This document shows positions 37,533 to 50,460 of a stretch of 61,920 nucleotides of DNA, piece by piece. The DNA is from Octopus bimaculoides (lineage: Eukaryota). The position numbers and the translations under genes were made by a program. Where the stretch lies: NCBI RefSeq assembly GCF_001194135.2, contig NC_068991.1:58952427-59014346 (forward strand). Direction: 5' to 3'. The notes under the pieces were generated by a model. That model saw only the letters and a program-made list of their open reading frames with translations. It made no database searches and was not told the DNA's origin. How positions within the stretch are numbered: position 1 is the first letter of the stretch; the number at the start of each line of letters is the position of its first letter.

Positions 37533-38504
37533 CGCACACATTCACGCTCTGTCAAAACGTTCACACACGCACATTCATACACATCGCATGCATACACACA
37601 TATAGATAAACACATGTATATATATTAATATAAATATATTTATTTATATATATATATATATATATTTGTATATGTGTGTTTGTGTGTATATATATATATA
37701 TATAAACAATATATAAGTATATGCATATATATGTACATGTATGTATATACGTTCATCTACATGTACATATAGATACATAACTGGGTACATGACGTGGCAA
37801 AAGAACAAGGACAAAATGGTAAACAAGGNNNNNNNNNNNNNNNNNNNNNNNNNNNNNNNNNNNNNNNNNNNNNNNNNNNNNNNNNNNNNNNNNNNNNNNN
37901 NNNNNNNNNNNNNNNNNNNNNNNNNNNNNNNNNNNNNNNNNNNNNNNNNNNNNNNNNNNNNNNNNNNNNNNNNNNNNNNNNNNNNNNNNNNNNNNNNNNN
38001 NNNNNNNNNNNNNNNNNNNNNNNNNNNNNNNNNNNNNNNNNNNNNNNNNNNNNNNNNNNNNNNNNNNNNNNNNNNNNNNNNNNNNNNNNNNNNNNNNNNN
38101 NNNNNNNNNNNNNNNNNNNNNNNNNNNNNNNNNNNNNNNNNNNNNNNNNNNNNNNNNNNNNNNNNNNNNNNNNNNNNNNNNNNNNNNNNNNNNNNNNNNN
38201 NNNNNNNNNNNNNNNNNNNNNNNNNNNNNNNNNNNNNNNNNNNNNNNNNNNNNNNNNNNNNNNNNNNNNNNNNNNNNNNNNNNNNNNNNNNNNNNNNNNN
38301 NNNNNNNNNNNNNNNNNNNNNNNNNNNNNNNNNNNNNNNNNNNNNNNNNNNNNNNNNNNNNNNNNNNNNNNNNNNNNNNNNNNNNNNNNNNNNNNNNNNN
38401 NNNNNNNNNNNNNNNNNNNNNNNNNNNNNNNNNNNNNNNTATTTATATATATATATATATATACATGCATGCATATATCTAAATACATGCATATATATAT
38501 ATGA

Positions 38505-38535
<31 letters not shown>

Positions 38536-38563
38536 AATACATACATATGTGTGTTTGTGTGTT

Positions 38564-38594
<31 letters not shown>

Positions 38595-39158
38595 ATGTGT
38601 GTGTTTGTTGTCTGTGTGCATGTGTGTGTGTGTGTGTGTGTGTGTGTAATCCACCGGAGTCCGTAAAATAAGTACCATTTGAGTACTAGAATCGATGTAA
38701 TTGTCTTGAGTACTGGAATTGATGTAATTGACTTGCGTTCTCCCCCGAAGCTGCTGGTCTTGTACAAAAATTTGAAATCGTTATTATTCAGTGGAAAATT
38801 CGATGCCAAACCGACGCCACCATTCTGACCAGTTATGCTCTTATATATTATAGCTAGTAATAAACAGCTAGTCGAGCCATACATACATGTATACATACAT
38901 ATATGTATACATATATACATAAATTTATATAAATAAGGATAAGATCGTTATTTTGAATACCGATCGTATCAAGTAGCTAGGATAGGAATAAAAACCTCAT
39001 AGGTAATAATTATTATTAAACTTGTAATGAGGGTATCTAAAAGATACCATCATGCTAGATATAGCAGTCAAAACTTGACTCTAAAACCACATCAAATATT
39101 CATACAGCTCTCGGAGAGATGACAAAGAAACAAAATAAACTAATAAAAAAAGGTTTAC

Positions 39159-39530
39159 ATAGGCGCAGGAGTGGCTGAGTGGTAAGTAGCTTGCTTACCA
39201 ACCACATGGTTCCGGGCAAGTGTCTTCTACTATAGCCTCAGGCCGACCAAAGCCCTATGAGTGGATTTGGTAGACGGAAACTGAAAGAAGCCCGTCGTAT
39301 ATATGTATATGTATGTGTATGTATGTGTGTGTATATGTTTGTGTGTCTGTATTTGTCCCCTCAGCATCACTTGACAACCGATGGTGGTGTGTTTACGTCC
39401 CCGCAACTTAGCGGTTCGGCAAAAGAGACCGATAGAATAAGTCCTGGGGTCGATTTGCTCGACTAAAAGGCGGTGCTCCAGCATGGCCGCAGTCAAATGA
39501 CTGAAACAAGTAAAAGAGTAAAAAGAGAGC
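39159..39530 (+). mobile_element. SINE family A, full length, low divergence, two internal deletions
   Basis: ATAGGCGCAGGAGTGGCTGAGTGGTAAG through GACTGAAACAAGTAAAAGAG; lacks the segment between TTCCGGG and CAAGTG, and between AATAAGT and CCTGGGG. Confidence 0.9.
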
Positions 39531-39769
39531 ATATGCATACATATAAATATGTGTGAAGAGTGTGTGAATGTATGTATTCAATTCAGAGCGTAAAGACGGA
39601 CGAAATGTCGCTAAACATTTTGTCCGGCGTGTTAATGATTCTGCCAGCTCGTCGTTTTATTACACTTAGTAATGTTAACGACTCTTCAGACATGCTGACT
39701 GGGACCACGTAATCTTTTTATGGTCGTATTGTAAACAAATAGGGGATGAAACTTGTCAGCTGTGTGCAT

Positions 39770-40770
39770 GTATGTCATTTGTTAACCCAAAAGTGGGCAC
39801 GACCAGGTTTCCATTTAAGTTTCCGCTCAAGAGTGCAGCCATCGAATATCTCACTTTTGTGTTTAGAACACATTAGATGAATTTTTGGAATGATCTTCTT
39901 TTCACCAAACAAAGTTTGCAATGCCTACTTCCTTTCAGACGTGATCCAGTTGATATTAGGCAGAAAATTTTCAGCCGATTTATATTGTGTTGTTTTTTCT
40001 TTTAATAACCATATGTAGCTGGCTAAAATTGTATCATTGCCCCTCTCTTGAATAATAAATGTGGAGTTGCGATAATGATATCCTCGCTTGAAAGGAACCC
40101 TCTGGTGTCCCAACATATGTTTACATGTGTTTCGCTCCATTGGTGTTGGATATTAGCAGGGCTGCTTCGTAGATCGCTGCTTCTGTGTTACATTGATCAT
40201 TCACTGAACACTCCTTGAAAATCATACATAAGCAACCTGCACTCGTCCGAAGCCTAGGCGTACTCACTAACATTTTATCTATACTAGGCATACATTATGA
40301 ATGAGGGGCTTGCTCCTATTGTATATTTTCATATACCTGTGATTCTGTGTGCAATGCTTACTTTCTGTTCCACGTTGAGTGACAAAGTGGGAAGGAACCA
40401 GGGAACATCTCGGTGGAAGTTTCTCTTGTGGATTTTGCGTTTGTAACCTAACTGGCTACCAGAGCGTTATTGTCCTGAGAGAGGAAGCTGCTTCAAAAAC
40501 ATATTATTTGAGGATAGGTGCAAAATCACCTTACTGACAAACGTTAGGATTTTAAGTACTAAAGACAAGTGGTAGAAGTACATGTTTATCTCAAACAGCT
40601 TTTCATTTGGTTTGTAGGATGTCCTGTTTGAACCTGTACTTAAACCAAGCGTCATGTCTAGAGAAACTGTGACTCAGTTCTGTATAGTATCCCTACACCC
40701 TAGGGAGTTAAATGTATGGATTCGGTCTTTCTTAAACTTGTCTAGGGTGTGTACGTTCGTACTTCCACAG
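39770..40770 (-). mobile_element. Decayed Penelope-like element: RT thumb plus GIY-YIG endonuclease
   Basis: Frame-broken minus-strand motifs in PLE order: LDMTLGLSTGS..YKPN, RDVPWFLP (like IIWFNPP), IYEAA..TYVGT (GIY-YIG), PFKRGYHYRNSTF..NDTILASYIWLLKEK, then HCKLCL. Confidence 0.85.
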
Positions 40771-41393
40771 ATGACTAAAATTTAGATTTTATTGTAAAAT
40801 AAAATCCCGAAAAAAATCATTCATTTTGAAAAAAATGTTTCAGCCATCGATTATTAAATCTGTTTCACTCGCACACAACTACAAGAAGGAAACGCATACA
40901 TATATTATACATACACACACACACACACACACACATGCACACACACATACATGACATATATATATATATATATATATGCATATATATGAGTGTGTATGTG
41001 AGCATCCGTATGTGCATATACGCTATATGTACATAAATATATGTGCGTATATATATATATACATATATATACACACACATATATATATATATATCTATAC
41101 ATATAGATATATGTGTACACGGATACATATGTTTATATATATATATATATACATATATNNNNNNNNNNNNNNNNNNNNNNNNNNNNNNNNNNNNNNTATA
41201 TATAAAATTATACGCGCACCATATGTATCTTGTATGACACTATCCGTTAACCCACTTCAACTAAACCGTTCAAGCCTTCGAATGCCAAAGTTCACACTAC
41301 TTAGCTATGACAGATGTCAGATATCTGTTTGTCATTGTTTCAATTATGAACTGCCGCTGAGGTTTTTTATACTACAGGTGGAAGTAAATATGG

Positions 41394-41438
<45 letters not shown>

Positions 41439-41557
41439 CGATGACGATGCTGCTGCTACTGCTGATGGTGATGTTTTTGTTGTTGTTGTTTGTGGTGGTG
41501 GTATTTATACTGATGACGATGATGACGCCGATGACGACGACTATGATGTTGCTAATA

Positions 41558-41772
41558 TTCTTTTCTACTCTAGGCACCAGGCCCGAAATTTTTGTGGCAG
41601 AGGATCAGTCGATTAGATCGACCCTAGTACGAAACTGATACTTAGTTTATCGGCCCCGAAAGGATGAAAGGCAAAGTCGACCTCGGCGGAATTTGAACTC
41701 AGAACGTAGCGGCAGACGAAATACCGCTAAACATTTGGCCCGGCGTGCTAACGTTTCTGCCAGCTCGCTGCC
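41558..41772 (-). mobile_element. SINE family B, full length
   Basis: Reverse complement nearly identical to 59190-59396 over head and body. Confidence 0.9.
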
Positions 41773-42592
41773 TTGTGTGTGTGTGTATNNNNNNNNNNNN
41801 NNNNNNNNNNNNNNNNNNNNNNNNNNNNNNNNNNNNNNNNNNNNNNNNNNNNNNNNNNNNNNNNNNNNNNNNNNNNNNNNNNNNNNNNNNNNNNNNNNNN
41901 NNNNNNNNNNNNNNNNNNNNNNNNNNNNNNNNNNNNNNNNNNNNNNNNNNNNNNNNNNNNNNNNNNNNNNNNNNNNNNNNNNNNNNNNNNNNNNNNNNNN
42001 NNNNNNNNNNNNNNNNNNNNNNNNNNNNNNNNNNNNNNNNNNNNNNNNNNNNNNNNNNNNNNNNNNNNNNNNNNNNNNNNNNNNNNNNNNNNNNNNNNNN
42101 NNNNNNNNNNNNNNNNNNNNNNNNNNNNNNNNNNNNNNNNNNNNNNNNNNNNNNNNNNNNNNNNNNNNNNNNNNNNNNNNNNNNNNNNNNNNNNNNNNNN
42201 NNNNNNNNNNNNNNNNNNNNNNNNNNNNNNNNNNNNNNNNNNNNNNNNNNNNNNNNNNNNNNNNNNNNNNNNNNNNNNNNNNNNNNNNNNNNNNNNNNNN
42301 NNNNNNNNNNNNNNNNNNNNNNNNNNNNNNNNNNNNNNNNNNNNNNNNNNNNNNNNNNNNNNNNNNNNNNNNNNNNNNNNNNNNNNNNNNNNNNNNNNNN
42401 NNNNNNNNNNNNNNNNNNNNNNNNNNNNNNNNNNNNNNNNNNNNNNNNNNNNNNNNNNNNNNNNNNNNNNNNNNNNNNNNNNNNNNNNNNNNNNNNNNNN
42501 NNNNNNNNNNNNNNNNNNNNNNNNNNNNNNNNNNNNNNNNNNNNNNNNNNNNNNNNNNNNNNNNNNNNNNNNNNNNNNNNNNNNNNNNNNNN

Positions 42593-42654
<62 letters not shown>

Positions 42655-43049
42655 AAGAGAGAATTGAAGTGTGAGAAAGTGAGGAGTGTAGATCGTTAAA
42701 GATAAGGTGGGGAAGAATTTGAGAGAGATTGATGCCAATTAAGACACCGTAGAAAGAAGGTTTTGGTAAATGAGTCGGGATTCTTTCTGTATTAGTTGTT
42801 TACGATCGTTTTGTAATAAATAATGTTATTAGCGTTCGTCGAGAGAAGAAAAGACTGGGATGGAGAAGTGAGGGAGGATGAGAGAAAACGGAAGCAAGTG
42901 TGAGAGTTGGGAGGACGTGAAAGTGTGAGTGTAAGATGGAAGAAAGAGAGAGAGAGAGAGAGAGAACAAGGAACTATGTGAGAGAAAGGGGAGAAGGAGA
43001 GAAAAAAGGAGCTAAGACCTTTGAGAAAAACAGCTAAGGAGTATGTGTG

Positions 43050-43086
<37 letters not shown>

Positions 43087-43189
43087 AACTATAAAAAGAG
43101 AGAGGTTAGAACAATATCAGAGATAGAGAGAGTGAGAGAGAGAGAGAGCTAAGAACTATGAGATAAAGAGATAACTATGAAAGAGAGAG

Positions 43190-43345
43190 AGAGAGAAGGA
43201 GAAGGAGAGAGAGAGAAGGAGAAGGAGAGAGAGAGAAGGAGAAGGAGAGAGAGAGAAGGAGAAGGAGAGAGAGAGAAGGAGAAGGAGAGAGAGAGAAGGA
43301 GAAGGAGAGAGAGAGAAGGAGAAGGAGAGAGAGAGAAGGAGGAGA
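43190..43345. repeat. 20-bp minisatellite (GAAGGAGAGAGAGAGAAGGA)n inside a GA-rich tract spanning about 42593-43625
   Basis: Exact 20-nt periodicity over about 7 units. Confidence 0.9.
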
Positions 43346-43687
43346 GAGAGAGAGAAGGAGGAGAGAGAGAGAGAGAGAGTGTTGTAGCAGGAAAAAGGGA
43401 AAGAGACGTGAAGGAGTCGAGAAGGAGAAATAGAAAGAAATGAAAAAAAGACGGAGGGAGAGAGAGTTTAGAAAAAAAGATGTTATTTATAAGAGAGAAA
43501 CAGGGAACATTGAGCAAGTCGTGAGCGTGAGAAAGAACGAGAGAGAAGGAGAGAGAGAGGGAGAGAGAGATAGAGAGAGAGAGAGATGAAATAGCTGAGA
43601 ACGTGAGAGAAAGAGAGAGGAGGTAGTTAGTGATGGAAGGGGTTGATACGAATGTTAAAATCTAATTAATGTTTAAATTGCTAATTA

Positions 43688-43885
43688 AGGTGGTAAGATG
43701 GCCGAATCATTACCGCGCCGAACATAATGCTTAGCAGCAGTTCTTCCATCTCTTTACGTTCTGAGCTCAACTGGCATCGGACTTTGCTTTTCATCCTTTC
43801 TGGGTCAATAAAATTTTAAAAAACTATTTGAGCAATGGAGTCGATGTAATCGACTTCATTCTTCCCCTCAAAAATTTCTAGTCTT
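43688..43885 (+). mobile_element. SINE family B, degenerate
   Basis: AGGTGGTAAGATGGCCGAATC...ATGCTTAGCAGC...GACTTTGCTTTTCATCCTTTC...GTCGATGTAATCGACTT. Confidence 0.75.
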
Positions 43886-44270
43886 ATGGTGGAGACATAG
43901 GATCAGACGACCAAGAAGGAAATGGTTGAATAGTATCCATAGTTACATTTGGTCAGGCTTAGGAATCCCGCCAAAAATGTGTAATGACGGTTATTTCTGA
44001 TACAACTCTATATATATAGAAGAAGTGCCTGAAGATTCTACCAGGAATAGTGGACGGAGGAAATGGATAAATGGATAAATGAATGGAAATGGCAGAATCG
44101 TTAAAACGTCAGATAAAATAGCTTGTAGTATGAAACTACGCCACTTTAAATACTGTTTTCAAATCCCGCCAAGATCAACCTAACATTTTTAAGCTTCTGG
44201 GTTGAGAAAACAAAGTATCTGTAAAGTATAGGGGTTCATATGATCGATTATACATACATACATACATACA

Positions 44271-44380
44271 AACAAAAATACCCTGTTGATGTTGAAATTC
44301 CAATGAAAGAACCTTAGATCTAGGTTAGAAACCGGTTCTTTCTCTATTGGCAAGAAATCTTGAAATAAACTGAATAATGA
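44271..44380 (+). mobile_element. Interspersed repeat of about 110-120 bp flanked by (TACA)n; second copy at 53516-53636
   Basis: Both copies share TTCCAATGAA.GA.CCTT.GATCTAGGTTAGAAACCGG.TCTTT...GGCAAGAAATCTTGAAATAAA; probably a retroposon 3' end. Confidence 0.75.
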
Positions 44381-44419
44381 CATACATATATACATACATA
44401 TATACATACATACATACAT

Positions 44420-44900
44420 GCATACATACATACATACATAATTAGCATTCGGCCAGAACGGGTCTAGGCCATGGTTAACTTAATAGCACAGTCTTGAAAA
44501 GAAATTTATTGAAGTTTCATATTACAATCCTTATGTGGGCACCACAGCCCAATCGAGCAAAGAGGTATCGTTTGCAGAGATATATTTGGGTGAAGGCAGT
44601 TTATCTGGAATTTGTTCGAGGTATTCATACAGGAACCGTTTGAATGTTATGAGATCTTTGCGGGATTTGTATTGATGCTGCACGATAGGGTTAACCTTTT
44701 CTAAGAGGAACAGTTAATGAGTTGAAGGGCTTCGTGTCTTGGTTCTGTTTGAGTATCTGTGAGGGAACTTTTTTCCGGGGGCAGTTCCGTGACCTGTTTG
44801 ATTAACTCATATCTGGGACGCTGGTAGGTGAAATTAGACCTGGGAACAATCAATAAGGGTTACGAAATGGTTCTACACGCATCAAATCCTGAAATTCTTG
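44420..44900 (-). mobile_element. CR1/L2-group LINE 3' fragment
   Basis: Minus translation KDLITFKRFLYEYLEQIPDKLPSPKYISANDTSLLDWAVVP, then a short 3' UTR abutting (TATG)n. Confidence 0.75.
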
Positions 44901-44952
44901 AACCGGGACTGCACTACCAGTTACAGTTGCAACTCATATGCACATATTATAT

Positions 44953-45243
44953 GAGCATGGCTCAGTGGTTAGATCATCGGGGGGTTCACCAATCATGAGG
45001 TAGTGAGTTCGATTCCCGCACCGGCTATGTGCTGTGTTCTTGAGCAAGACACTTTATTTCACGTTGCTCCAGTTCACTCAGCTGTCGAAATGAGTTGTGA
45101 CGTCACTAGTACCAAGCGAAGGATGGTGTGCATGGGCGACTGCTGGTCTTCCACAAACAACCTTACATGGACTCGTACCTTGGAGGGGAACTTTCTAAGT
45201 GCAATCCCATAATCATTCATGACCGAAGGGATTCTTTACCTTT
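44953..45243 (+). mobile_element. SINE family C with tail Y
   Basis: A box TGGCTCAGTGG, B box GAGTTCGATTCC, body GTGTTCTTGAGCAAGACACTTTATTTC, tail GGCGACTGCTGGTCTTCCACAAACAACCTT. Confidence 0.85.
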
Positions 45244-46073
45244 TATGCGCATACACAGATATAGGTTCGTACGTAAATACACACATAATATATGTATAGG
45301 TATGGAAGCATGCACATTCCTTTGCGTGTGTTAGTTCGTACACCTCTTTATGTATACTTAATCTTGTATATGTTCCATTTCCTATATGCTATGTAGGGAC
45401 ATTTATAGGTAAAACAATCTTTATCTGTCTAACAATGCAACAATTTACTTCCCGTGCGGGATTTTGTTTACGTATTCCTAATGATTCAATGTAAGTTCAC
45501 ACATAACATACGAACATATATATATAAATATATATATATATATACGCAGGCGCACGTGAGTATGTGTATGGGTATGTGTGCTTGTGTAGAACACAAAATA
45601 AATTCGAATTTGAAAGCCGTTCAAAGATAAAGTGGTTTTATCAAGATCCACGGCACAGTGTTGTTATATCTTCGTGTCTTTCCTGTTTACAAAATCTCGA
45701 ACGAGATAAAGGAAATACGCCACATCGTACACACTCTCACACACACACAAACACAAACACAAACGCACACACACATACATAAATACACAGTTTTACACAT
45801 ACAAATCAGTGCCTCTGATTAAGTGCAAACTTATCAATTTGACTTGACAAATAGCCAAACGAACTGCACAACCAAATTACTGTAAATCTATGGACGACCA
45901 ATTCTCCAGGATTTCTTCATCCATCCCGCTTTTAAAATCAGTCGTTGCTCATGTTTTTAATCATCGGCTGAACCTAACGACTTAACAATGCTCCCGCTTC
46001 TCTATTAAACATTATCGACTTATCTTATACTTGGTTATACACACACATACACACACACACCAACACACACACC

Positions 46074-46115
<42 letters not shown>

Positions 46116-46421
46116 TATGCATACAGAACCACTCGAGCACACACTCACACACTTGCATGCTTACACAGCCACTCGAGCACACACGCACATACATAGCACT
46201 CGCGCAGACGTACACGCACACACACACATACACACGCGCATACACAGACATGCACATACGCACTTACTGATACACATAGACACTCACAATCACACACATG
46301 CGATCACTCACACGCACATACACGCAGGCACTCACACACAGATGTACACATTAACACATACATTCACGCACACATACATGTAAGCACATATTCACATACG
46401 CACATTCGGCACACATGCATG

Positions 46422-46460
<39 letters not shown>

Positions 46461-46470
46461 NNNNNNNNNN

Positions 46471-46547
<77 letters not shown>

Positions 46548-46730
46548 CGCGCGTTCTTTTTAGACAATTCGCATTACTCTTTCGAAATATTCTCTTTTAC
46601 ATCCAAACATAAAAAGTTTATTCCAAAATATTTTTCTTTTATTACCTCATACTCAGAAGATGTTGTGGCGTTCATGCCTTTTTTTCAAGCTCTCTAATAC
46701 TGGTGAGACCGGAATAAAGAAAGTTTTTAA

Positions 46731-46931
46731 TTCAGACACAAGGCCAGCAATTTGAGAGATAGGGATTTAGTCAATTACATTGAACCCGGCTAACTGACGG
46801 GTACTTTATATTATCTATCCCTAAAAAAAGGGAGGCAAAGTTAACCTCGACAGGATAAGAACTCAAAAGGTATATAGCCGGAAGAAATGCCATTCAGAAT
46901 TTTGTCCGATGTGCTAACGATTCTACCAGCT
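46731..46931 (-). mobile_element. SINE family B, degenerate
   Basis: Reverse complement of the family B head, body and GGCCTTGTG tail. Confidence 0.7.
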
Positions 46932-46996
46932 TTCTATTTTCGGAATCAGGAATAACTCCGGTCAAATAAGTTACAGCCATAACCATCCATCTAAGT

Positions 46997-47310
46997 CAGT
47001 GGTTCTCAACCCTTTTTTATCCATGAACTCCTTTGATCACTATATTATTCTGGTGGACCCCAATAACTGTTCAATGTTTAACAACTAGTTTAAAAATGCG
47101 TCTTTTAAAATTCCTATTTTGTTTTTTTACACATTAACTTGCGTAGGTTGAACTGCGTATGATGTTAAAGAGAGAAACTTAGCTGTAAAATTTTTCATGG
47201 ACCCGTAAAATACTATTATGGATCCCCAATTTATTATTTTGCTTGTGTGGGCCCCTAAAAATATTATATGGACCCTCTGGGGTCATATGAACCCAGGTTG
47301 AGAACCACTG
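46997..47310. mobile_element. hAT (Charlie-type) MITE (314 bp)
   Basis: Perfect 15-bp TIR CAGTGGTTCTCAACC / GGTTGAGAACCACTG; 8-bp TSD ATCTAAGT / ATCTAAGC (7/8). Confidence 0.9.
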
Positions 47311-47388
47311 ATCTAAGCCTATCCAATGTGTCTATTTTAAAAGACGATTAAGTGTGATTTAAAGGAGATTACATTGCTATCTATAATA

Positions 47389-47606
47389 ATCTTTTCTACT
47401 ACAGGCACAAGGCCTGAAATTTGGTTGTGGGGAAAGGTTAAGTCGATTACATCGACTCCAGTACTCAACTGGTACTTAATTTATCGACCTCGAAAGGATG
47501 AAAGGCAAAGTCGAACTCGGTGGATTTTGAACTCAAAACGTAGCGACGGGTGAAATACTTCTAAGCATTTCGTCCACCGTGCTAACGATTCTGCCAGCTC
47601 GCCGCC
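47389..47606 (-). mobile_element. SINE family B, full length
   Basis: Reverse complement begins GGCGGCGAGCTGGCAGAATCGTTAGCAC. Confidence 0.9.
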
Positions 47607-47816
47607 TTTTTGCTATCTACAATCTTTTCGACAAGTTACAGGGACATAAACACAGCGGTATCGGTTGTCAAGCGATGGTGGTAGCGACAAACACAGACAC
47701 ACAAACATATACATCTCTGCCTTATTACATATTATGACAATAGCTGGCCCTGTGCCATCAAAAAATAAGTTACATAATAATCACAGCTACAAACGTTCAC
47801 ATACTTCCCTTGTACA

Positions 47817-47870
<54 letters not shown>

Positions 47871-48415
47871 NNNNNNNNNNNNNNNNNNNNNNNNNNNNNN
47901 NNNNNNNNNNNNNNNNNNNNNNNNNNNNNNNNNNNNNNNNNNNNNNNNNNNNNNNNNNNNNNNNNNNNNNNNNNNNNNNNNNNNNNNNNNNNNNNNNNNN
48001 NNNNNNNNNNNNNNNNNNNNNNNNNNNNNNNNNNNNNNNNNNNNNNNNNNNNNNNNNNNNNNNNNNNNNNNNNNNNNNNNNNNNNNNNNNNNNNNNNNNN
48101 NNNNNNNNNNNNNNNNNNNNNNNNNNNNNNNNNNNNNNNNNNNNNNNNNNNNNNNNNNNNNNNNNNNNNNNNNNNNNNNNNNNNNNNNNNNNNNNNNNNN
48201 NNNNNNNNNNNNNNNNNNNNNNNNNNNNNNNNNNNNNNNNNNNNNNNNNNNNNNNNNNNNNNNNNNNNNNNNNNNNNNNNNNNNNNNNNNNNNNNNNNNN
48301 NNNNNNNNNNNNNNNNNNNNNNNNNNNNNNNNNNNNNNNNNNNNNNNNNNNNNNNNNNNNNNNNNNNNNNNNNNNTCACTTATACTACTCTTTCTTCTAC
48401 TTCCTGCGTGATTTT

Positions 48416-48467
<52 letters not shown>

Positions 48468-48926
48468 CGCTCATTATTATATTAGGAGAGAAATATTTTC
48501 ATGCTCTCCGCGATCTTCAAGCCGTATTAACCGACAGTTGTATTTCATATTTAATAACTATAGTGAAAAGGTTGAATTTGTCCTGCAAATATCTTCTGAT
48601 AGACTCCAGCAAGCTGAATCTTACGAACTCCGTAATGGATGATATGTGCAGGAACCACCTAATATTGTTGGGCAGTTTCTTCCGTCGCTAGGTTGAAGCT
48701 ATGGTCGGCGCTGAGGGCTTTTTGGTAAATATCTATTCGTTGAGTTCCTTTGTTGTATCTAATTCAACGCATGCGATGTTTTTCAGGGAATGCGGCTATT
48801 TTCTTTGCTGGGTCCTATATGACATAAATATTTATAGTGTCTAAGATATGCCGGAGCCGTGTATTTCTCTCTCTATTTTTCATCCTTTTTACGGCTGTAT
48901 AATCGATTCTCTCTCTCTCTTCGTCC

Positions 48927-48982
<56 letters not shown>

Positions 48983-49632
48983 NNNNNNNNNNNNNNNNNN
49001 NNNNNNNNNNNNNNNNNNNNNNNNNNNNNNNNNNNNNNNNNNNNNNNNNNNNNNNNNNNNNNNNNNNNNNNNNNNNNNNNNNNNNNNNNNNNNNNNNNNN
49101 NNNNNNNNNNNNNNNNNNNNNNNNNNNNNNNNNNNNNNNNNNNNNNNNNNNNNNNNNNNNNNNNNNNNNNNNNNNNNNNNNNNNNNNNNNNNNNNNNNNN
49201 NNNNNNNNNNNNNNNNNNNNNNNNNNNNNNNNNNNNNNNNNNNNNNNNNNNNNNNNNNNNNNNNNNNNNNNNNNNNNNNNNNNNNNNNNNNNNNNNNNNN
49301 NNNNNNNNNNNNNNNNNNNNNNNNNNNNNNNNNNNNNNNNNNNNNNNNNNNNNNNNNNNNNNNNNNNNNNNNNNNNNNNNNNNNNNNNNNNNNNNNNNNN
49401 NNNNNNNNNNNNNNNNNNNNNNNNNNNNNNNNNNNNNNNNNNNNNNNNNNNNNNNNNNNNNNNNNNNNNNNNNNNNNNNNNNNNNNNNNNNNNNNNNNNN
49501 NNNNNNNNNNNNNNNNNNNNNNNNNNNNNNNNNNNNNNNNNNNNNNNNNNNNNNNNNNNNNNNNNNNNNNNNNNNNNNNNNNNNNNNNNNNNNNNNNNNN
49601 NNNNNNNNNNNNNNNNNNNNNNNNNNNNNNNN

Positions 49633-50027
49633 TCTGGGACTCTCGACAGGAAGAGGTCCAGCTTTGATTTAAAAACCTCTACATCTACTTTGTGTAGGTT
49701 CCTCAGGCTCTTTGGGAGAATATTAAAAAGCTGTGGACCCCTGAAACCCAAACTGCTGCAGTAACTGGTCCTGAAGCGCGATGGCATTGCTGGGATCTTT
49801 GGCACTATGCAGTGTCGTCCCGTTCTGGCATTGGTGTAGCTTTCAATGCCAAAATTTGGCACAATTCCTTCCAGAATCTTCCAGATGTATATTACTGCAT
49901 ACCTCTCACGCCTTCTCTCCAGGGAGTAGAGTCTTAGCTGTTTCAGCCTTTCCCAGTAGCTGAGCAGTTGCAAAGAGACAATCTTATTTGTGAATCTTCT
50001 ATGGATTGCTTCAAGGTCTGCTGTTAT
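49633..50027 (-). mobile_element. CR1/L2-group LINE ORF2 C-terminal fragment, frame intact
   Basis: About 131 uninterrupted codons: ITADLEAIHRRFTNKI..LSYWERLKQLRLYSLERRRERY..GPQLFNILPKSLR..FKSKLDLFLSRVP. The YxERLxxLxLxSLExRR motif is typical of CR1-group ORF2. Runs into a gap. Confidence 0.9.
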
Positions 50028-50460
50028 AAAACATAAATGGTGCTCCAGCATGGCCCCACTCAAATGATTGAAGCAAGTAAAAGAATAAAAGAATATATAT
50101 ATATATAGTGGCACGTCCTTCTGTCACTCACACTTGACACATGTCGGGGCAAGGTGGGGTAAAATGCCGGGTGACATTTTCATCACTTTAAGATGACGTC
50201 AACTACACATGCAGCTTAAGTATGATGGGTGTCGGACAGAAATGCAAACCAATAGTGAGACTATATGCGGATGTGTGTATATGCACATGTGTATATATGC
50301 GCATGCGTATACATGTGTATTGTGTGTGTGTGTATGTGTGTGTGTGCATTTGGAGTTGGACGTGATTAGAATAAATTCAAGGGTAGCCACTAACTTAACG
50401 GATTTCGGCTTTGCTTCAGAAGCAGTGCGACAACATGCATTAAGGAGATAATAATACTTT

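Noticed and set aside
48560-48830. Possible highly decayed LINE fragment on the minus strand
   Set aside because: Only vague resemblance to the CR1 SLxxRR region; no motif could be recovered in frame.
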